A stretch of 56,549 nt of DNA, counting the filler, from Jimgerdemannia flammicorona (lineage: Eukaryota): NCBI GenBank assembly GCA_003990765.1. It is 3 parts of 3 records of this genome, joined end to end, with 100 filler letters (N's around TTAATTAATTAA, not from the genome) between each part and the next. Parts side by side here need not be neighbours in the genome. Positions count along the whole stretch, not along the records: positions 37,770 to 56,549 come from RBNJ01002118.1; 2 more parts are not named here. One strand, 5' to 3'. The position numbers and the translations under genes are program-made. Below the pieces are notes generated by a model. It had not been told where the DNA came from. It was given only the letters and a program-made list of their open reading frames with translations, and did not search any database. Shown piece after piece: positions 49,718 through 56,549 of the stretch (the stretch's first letter is position 1; each line of letters begins with the position of its first letter).

Positions 49718-52700
49718 ATATTCTATGTCCACTGAGTTGTTACATTCTTCCAAGGACCTGCCGAAGAATGGTGGCAAACCCTTCCTGAAAAACCCCTCAT
49801 ATGGGATACCTGACCTGCAGTAGTTGTCCAGAATGCAGCAAACAATGCCCCAGGATATGGAGCCCATCCTGCAGCCCCTGGACTCAAACAACTGATGATT
49901 GCTCAATATTACAGCAAAACTATAATTGCTGAATCTCGAGTAAAACTCCATAACCTCAAATTTGATGTATATGGCAAAGAAGAATTCGAAACCTTCTGTA
50001 CAAAACTCAAGTCACTCCTGAACACTGTTGGCCTAGAATATATCACCAATGATGATGCATGAAATGGTACAAGAGCAGACCATTTATTTGATGCCCTGCC
50101 TGAATGGCTTACTAGAAAAATCCAAGAACAAGGCCACCCAGTTGGTTGTGATCACCAACAATGGTGCCTGGCAAGAATCAAGACTATGGTCAAGTGAATC
50201 CTAACAGCTGGACCAATTCTGCCTCAAAGACAATTTAACAACAAGGAAAAGACATGGACCGAGAAAGAAGAACCCAAGCATGAAGCATCTCGAGCTCCCT
50301 CCACATCCACCTCTTGGACCCCCCGAAACCATGAACCCACCCAGCCAAGTACCTTCAAGAAACTTACTGAAGGTGAAAGAAATAAACTTTGAAGAAGTGG
50401 AGCATGCTTCTATTGCTGAAAGACAGGACACATGGCCAGTGCCTGCCCCAACCGAAAACCCCAAACAACAACACAAGCAACTGTTACCGCTCTTCACCAC
50501 CTCAACAATCTGACTACCAGAATACTAGACTTTGTCAAGTTAAGACAAACTGCTAAGGCCCCAACCAAAGGAAGTCAAAAAGCAGCCAGATATGACCTGT
50601 ATGCAGCCGAAGAAGCTACAGTTTCCAACTGAGAAGTCAAACAAGTCTATACAGATATCAGTATCCAAATCCCTGAAGGACATGTTGGAAGAATATGCTG
50701 TCACAGCAGCCTAGCATTGAAAGGACTCTCAGTAGAAGGAGGAGTCATTGACGAGGATTACACAGGCGAAATTATTGTCCTCATCCAAAACCACAGTTGG
50801 ACACCCTTCAAGATCCCTATTGGCTTCTGCATCACCCAGATTCTATTCGAAAAAATTGAGTCAACCCTGACAGTTAAGGAAGTCCCCGAATTACTGCCCA
50901 CCATCCAAGAATTCAAAGGATTTGACTCATCAAACAAGGCCCTAGCCGAATCTACCATAAGCAAAGAAGAACCATTCTACAAGAAGATCAAAGATGGATA
51001 TGTACCAAGTGGCCAATGCCCTCATGGTATTGGAATGTACTCTTCCCAAATGATTCATGATTGCTTCTCTTGTGTCAACGAATTGGCTCAAAGAAGAACC
51101 AACAGAAGAAAGGCTCCTACAACTGAAATCACCACCATTGGATCAGACAAACTGCTCACCCTTAAGGCTTTTGTCAATGGAGCACCTGTCAAGATTATGA
51201 TAGACAGTAGTGCCTCAGGCAACTTCATCAATGAAGAGACAGCCAACAGACACAAGGTCTTCACCTGTCCAGTATAGCAAACTCAAGCAGTTGCTACAGC
51301 TGATGGAACCTCACATGTTATTAGCAAAGGAGTCTGCAATCTACCCTTCCAGATTGGCGACTACCGAGTACATGTTACTCTCCAAATCGTACTACTTCCT
51401 GACAATGAAATCATCCTTGGGACTCCATGGTTAAAACAAGAGAACCTCATGATTGATTGGGTAAACCATTCTCTGACCATCAAGAAAGGACACCACAACT
51501 TCAAACTATAAGGCAAAAAGGACTCACTCCACTCTAGTGACCCTGGACCAAAGATCACCCATATCAACAAGCTACAACTCAAGAAATTGGCCAAGAAATG
51601 CCCTCTCTTTGCCATCGCCATTCGACCATCCAAAGGAGAACCCGAGAACTCTGAAGAAGATTTTTCCAAAGTTGACAGCCGTGTCAGACCACTACTCCAG
51701 AAATTCTGAGACATATTCCCAAAGAAGCTCCCAAAAGGCCTACCTCCCAAACAAGCAGTAGACCATGCCATCAAGACTATCCCAGATACCAAACCAGCCT
51801 TCAAATCAATCTACCATATGTCTCTGAGAGAAATTGATGCACTTAAGAAGGAAATCGATGAACTCCTAGAACAAGGATTCATCAGACCCAGTGTATCACC
51901 CTATGGTGCACCAGTCCTCTTCGTTGTTAAGAAAGGAGGAGACCTGCGAATGTGCATTGACTACCATGATCTCAATGAACAGACCATCAAGAACTGTTGC
52001 CCACTACTGAGGATTGATGAAATATTCGATAGGCTCATCAACCTACAATTCATGAGCTCTTTTGACCTGTGAAATGGTTAATGTCAAATTGCCATGAAAG
52101 AAGAAGATATCTACAAGACAGCTTTCTGAACTCGCTATGGATACTTCGAGTTCCTGGTTATGCCCTTTGGCTTAACTAATGCTCCAGCAACCTTCCAGAC
52201 ACTGATGAATACCATTCTGCATCCATATCTGGACAAATTCATTATTGTCTACATTGACAACATCCTAGTCTTCAGTAAAACCTTGGAGGAACATCTTGAA
52301 CACCTTGAACTAGTACTACTGAAACTCCGAGAAAACCGACTCTTTCCAAAACTCAGCAAGTGCAAATTTCTCCTAAAAGAAATTCAATTCCTTGGACACA
52401 TTGTCACTCCAAACAGAATCAAAGTGGACCCCAGCAAAATCTCTGCAATCAAGGATTGGCCCAGACCCAGAAAGCTGAAAGACCTCCAGTCATTCCTGGG
52501 ATGAGCAAACTATTACAGGTGATTTGTTGCCAACTTTGCTAAAATCGCTACTGCCCTCACCCAAATGACCAAGTACAGCAAGAAACAAGAACAACCCTGG
52601 ACAATGAAACAAGAGAAAGACTTCAACAATCTTGTAAATTGGAGACCCGAACAAGATACTGCCTTTCAAGCACTGAAAGATGCCATGATAACCACACCAG

Positions 52701-54591
52701 TACTTCAAGTGGCAAATCCTGCCCTACCATACAAAGTCACTACTGATGCCTCTGACCTAGCTCTTGGAGCAGTGCTCATGCAAGAAGGACACCCTGTGGC
52801 CTATCACTCATGCAAGTTCAATGATACCGAAATCAACTATGCAACTTACAAGAAGGAAATGCTAGCCATCGTAGACACTCTGATCAAATGGCGACCATAT
52901 CTAGAAGGAGCACACTTCACTGTATTGACTGACCACAAGTCATTAGTCAACATCAAGACACAGGCTACCCTTTCCCGGAAGCAAGCCAGATGGATGAAAG
53001 TCCTCACCAACTTTGACTATGAAATCCAGTACTGCCCTGGCAAGGAAAATATTGTTGCCGATGCAATCTCCAGACCACTAATTGAAGAGGTTATCCAAAC
53101 TCTGATCTTGGTTACCAACACTATCATGGAACAAATCATTGCAGCATATGATGATGATAAAGAAGCTCAGGCACTCTGAGAAATCCTGAACAATAATGAT
53201 ACTGACAAGCATACCTGGTACAATCAATACCAACTCAAGGACAATGCTATCTACTATAAGGACAGATTGTATGTACCAAACAACCGAGACCTCCGAAGGA
53301 CTATCCTATTCGAATGTCATGATGCCCCTACAGCTGAACATTTTGGATTTGACAAATGCTATGAAGTTATCTCCCAGAACTTCTATTGGCCCCACATGGC
53401 AGAACAGCTCAAAACCTACATCACTTCCTGTGATGCCTGCCAATGAAACACATCCTCAACACTAGCAAAACCTGGCTTACTCCACCCTATTCCAGTACTA
53501 TCCACAAATTGGGAACAAATCTCTATAGACTTCATTGTACAACTACCCCGAACAAAGAATGGGAAAGATGCAATTATTGTCTTTATGGACTATCTCAGCA
53601 AACAAGCCCACTTTGTGCCTACTACCACTACTGCAACAGCACCAGACATAGCCACACTCTTGTTTGACAACATCTTCTGCTATCATGGTCTTCCTAAGAT
53701 CATTGTTAGTGACCGAGATCTGAAATTCACCAGCCACTTTTGGAAAGCCCTCCATGCACACCTTGGAACAAAACTTGCACTATCCACAGCCTTTCACCCA
53801 GAAACTGATGGTCAAACTGAAAGAATGAACCGAACACTGGAACAAATACTAAGGAACTATGTTTCCTACAGACAAGATGACTGGCATGAATACCTCACCA
53901 CAGTTGAGTTTGCCTACAACAATAGCAGGCAAACCTCTCTTGGAATGACTCCATTCTTTGCAAACACTAGACAAAATCCAAATGCCTCTTTGAGACTTAT
54001 CCAAACCACTGAAGAACTCTCCACAGTCGAAGCCATTGAAGAATTCTTACTTCGAATGTGCAATTTAAGCCAGATTGCTATCGAGAATTTATCGCGAGCT
54101 CAAGAACAACAATCACAGTATGTTAACCAACACTGCCGAGAAGAAACTTTTGATATTGGAGAGAAAGTCCTACTAGACATCAGAGGATACTGAGTTGACA
54201 ACCTCAAGCTCAGACCATCTACAAAGCTGAACAGCAAGTTCATTGGATATTTGAAGTCATCACACAAGTCTCTCCAACCTCCTATAAACTGGCGCTACTG
54301 GACACCATTAAGATTCACCCAGTCTTTAATGTTCAACATCTCAAGCAATACAATGAGAATGATAAAAAGCTATTTCCAAACCAGACTACCAAACCACCTG
54401 CACCTGTCATCATTAATGACCAAGAAGAGTATGAAGTTGAACAAATCCTCAACAAATGTGGCAACAAGAACTACCCTGAGTACCTTGTCAAATGGAAAGG
54501 TTACCCGATCCACAATGCAACCTGGTAACCCAAGACCAACCTTCAGAATACCACTGACCTAGTTCAGGAATATGATTCCTTGAACAACTAG
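49718..54591 (+). pseudogene. D1 gag (3' part)-dUTPase-protease-RT-RNase H-integrase-chromodomain, disabled
   Basis: Colinear with D2; [61 protein letters not shown]. Confidence 0.92.
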
Positions 54592-55090
54592 AACCAAATA
54601 CTCCACACCTATCAATATACACTATATATTATCCTCCGGAACATATAATCATTGCAAACCAAACCAAGAACTCAGCAAAACAAGACAAGAATACTGACCC
54701 TCTGGAAAAATAGCCAAACTGAAAGCAAGCCTATTCTCTCTGCACCACTGAACAAAATTAGAAGGCCCCAATGAGGATGTCGAAAGCTAAGAAGGGGAGA
54801 GTTGTAAGTGCACAACCTCTAAGCCACTGAAATTACATGTCACCCTCTGAATAAGTCACTGAAATCACACATGACCTCTGAACAAACCTGGAAATCACCT
54901 GCTTAATCACAAAGCTGAGTCAAACCGAAGTCACAGTGCACAAAGCTGAGTCAATACAAAGTCACAGAACACAAGATTTACACAAACAGAATCTTACCAA
55001 TCAGGACCAAATGCATATATACCGAGCACCAAGATGCGTCAAATCAGAAAATCAAAACAAACAACAACCAGAACTTCCAAACATACAAAC

Positions 55091-56187
55091 ATGACCACTG
55101 AGATCTACAACTGTATCCATGCTAACATTTGGAATGCCATTGTCAACTGAGCCACACCCTCTCTGCCCCTCATGAATATCCATAGCCTAGTACCCCTCTA
55201 CTTCGTGGAAGCCCGATGGAATACTCTGAACATGCTTAGCGAGGCCCACCGAATCGGACAAATCTCAAGCTACTACTAGATCAGCTGCCTCCTAGAAGAC
55301 ATGGTCGAACATCACCACAATACAGACATTACCCAGATGTCTCAACACCAGAAGCTCATCACCCGCAAACATCAAGAACTCTTCTATGAGTACATCACCA
55401 TTATTCCCCACCTCCGAGTCACTACCAGTGAAATGGTTGCTACCCTGTCCTATGGCCAAATCAACGATATGATATAAGAACTCAACTACAAGTACCTCAA
55501 GTATGTCAAAACCACAGACGGAACCTTCCAACACCCCAATGATCACATCCTGCAAATGCTCCAAGTTAGATACACCATGAAGGACATCTATGATATAATC
55601 CACTTCGATGAAGATGAAGCAGAAGACAATGATCCCTCTGACACTGACATGACCTCTAGCCAAGGATCTCTGCCAACCCTGATCACTCTGCCAATCTTCC
55701 CAATGAACTTACAACAGTTCATAACTACATACGAGACTTATTAGGACAATGACCACTGGCATGAATACCAATCTGCATTCACCCCCAATTACTTCAACTA
55801 CAATGAAGAGACCAGAGAACACAACCTGTACCTTCAGACAACCCTCGAGATCAAACCAACCACTCCACCACCCAAGTACGAGCGACATGAACCACAGCCA
55901 CCAGCACACTATAACCCCGCAACTCACAGTGCCGTAACCTATAGAAGGTATGCAGATAGCAAATCCAATGAAAGTGAAGACAATATATCCATCCTTTGCC
56001 CACCAACACCTTATCCGGCATACGAGACAGATGATGCTATCCTGTGAGACGGAGACAAAGTTCCAATGTACTATTACCTCAGCAAGCAAGGAGAGGTAAT
56101 CCACGAACCATTATTCCTAGACGACTATTCATCAGAGATGATGCAATCGATGGTGATGTCATCGAAGACTATCCAGACAGCACCTAA
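55091..56187 (+). pseudogene. LTR(U3)-encoded ORF, copy 3 (D1 3' LTR)
   Basis: Same protein; 1-nt deletion near 56126; mostly private stops. Confidence 0.8.
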
Positions 56188-56372
56188 ACCCATAAATAGC
56201 CTAGCAGTCATAATATAGTTAGACTAGCATTGTACGACGTGACTGTGAACTGACTCAGCAGTCAAATGATCTCTTGACATGTCAGATCACACTTGTACTA
56301 TGTGACTGCATTCTGACTCAGCAAGGCACTTAGTGCTACATCCATATCTAGCATAGCTCAGATAGCCTCTCA

Positions 56373-56549
56373 TAGTGCTCCTAACAAGTCAATTTAATCC
56401 GGATTGGATTCAGATTGATTCGGATTCGAATCGGATTCGAATCGGATTCGAATCAACCATTGTTTTGATTTCCAAATTAGACAATTAAATGTTTACATCA
56501 ATAATTTGATGAATAATCATCCAAATTTGATGATCTTGGTGTCATTTGA
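56373..56549. mobile_element. Left end of a younger hAT-like DNA element inserted in the D1 3' LTR
   Basis: LTR homology stops at CCTCTCA|TAGTGCTC; same TAGTGCT terminus as the MITE at 24797; tandem TCGGATTCGAA subterminal repeats with intact CpG. Confidence 0.6.

Larger units (their letters stand above)
37770..56372 (+). mobile_element. Chromoviral Gypsy D1 (outer copy): partial 5' LTR 37770-38241, 3' LTR 54803-56372 (interrupted)
   Basis: LTR end TTACA at 38241, PBS TGGTAGCAGCGG at 38245; gag resumes at 49718 after the D2 insertion; PPT AAGAAGGGGAGAG before TGTAAG at 54803. Confidence 0.92.

Noticed and set aside
56400..56455. TCGGATTCGAA repeats as telomere or satellite
   Set aside because: Short, begin just inside a TIR-like end within an LTR; better explained as transposon subterminal repeats

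Overview
Eukaryotic, most likely fungal (inference), transposon-graveyard window. About 50 of 56.5 kb is nested, C>T/G>A-eroded transposable elements around one CpG-normal island (~6.2-11.75 kb). The island holds a disrupted astacin-like (M12A) metalloprotease gene and a small intact BRI3/LITAF-like gene. Elements present: a Ty1/Copia pol relic; two tyrosine-recombinase (Ngaro-type, split-direct-repeat) retrotransposons, one complete and with a SAP-domain/zinc-finger ORF1; L1/Tx1-like LINE pieces; a ~1.2-kb poly(A)-tailed non-coding retroposon (2 copies); hAT-like MITEs; and at least four Ty3/Gypsy lineages. The most striking is a chromovirus family (D1 with sibling D2 nested in its gag). Its ~2-kb LTRs each carry a 1098-nt sense ORF (365-aa acidic protein of unrecognised function with PPxY motifs) with its own TATA/CCAAT/TGAGTCA elements, reconstructable from three independently disabled copies. 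The same family has a long AUG-less in-frame leader before gag and a dUTPase between nucleocapsid and protease. A second Gypsy family carries dUTPase next to RT. Two 100-nt N44-TTAATTAATTAA-N44 spacers are assembly artefacts. All protein calls are by-eye motif recognition; no searches were run.
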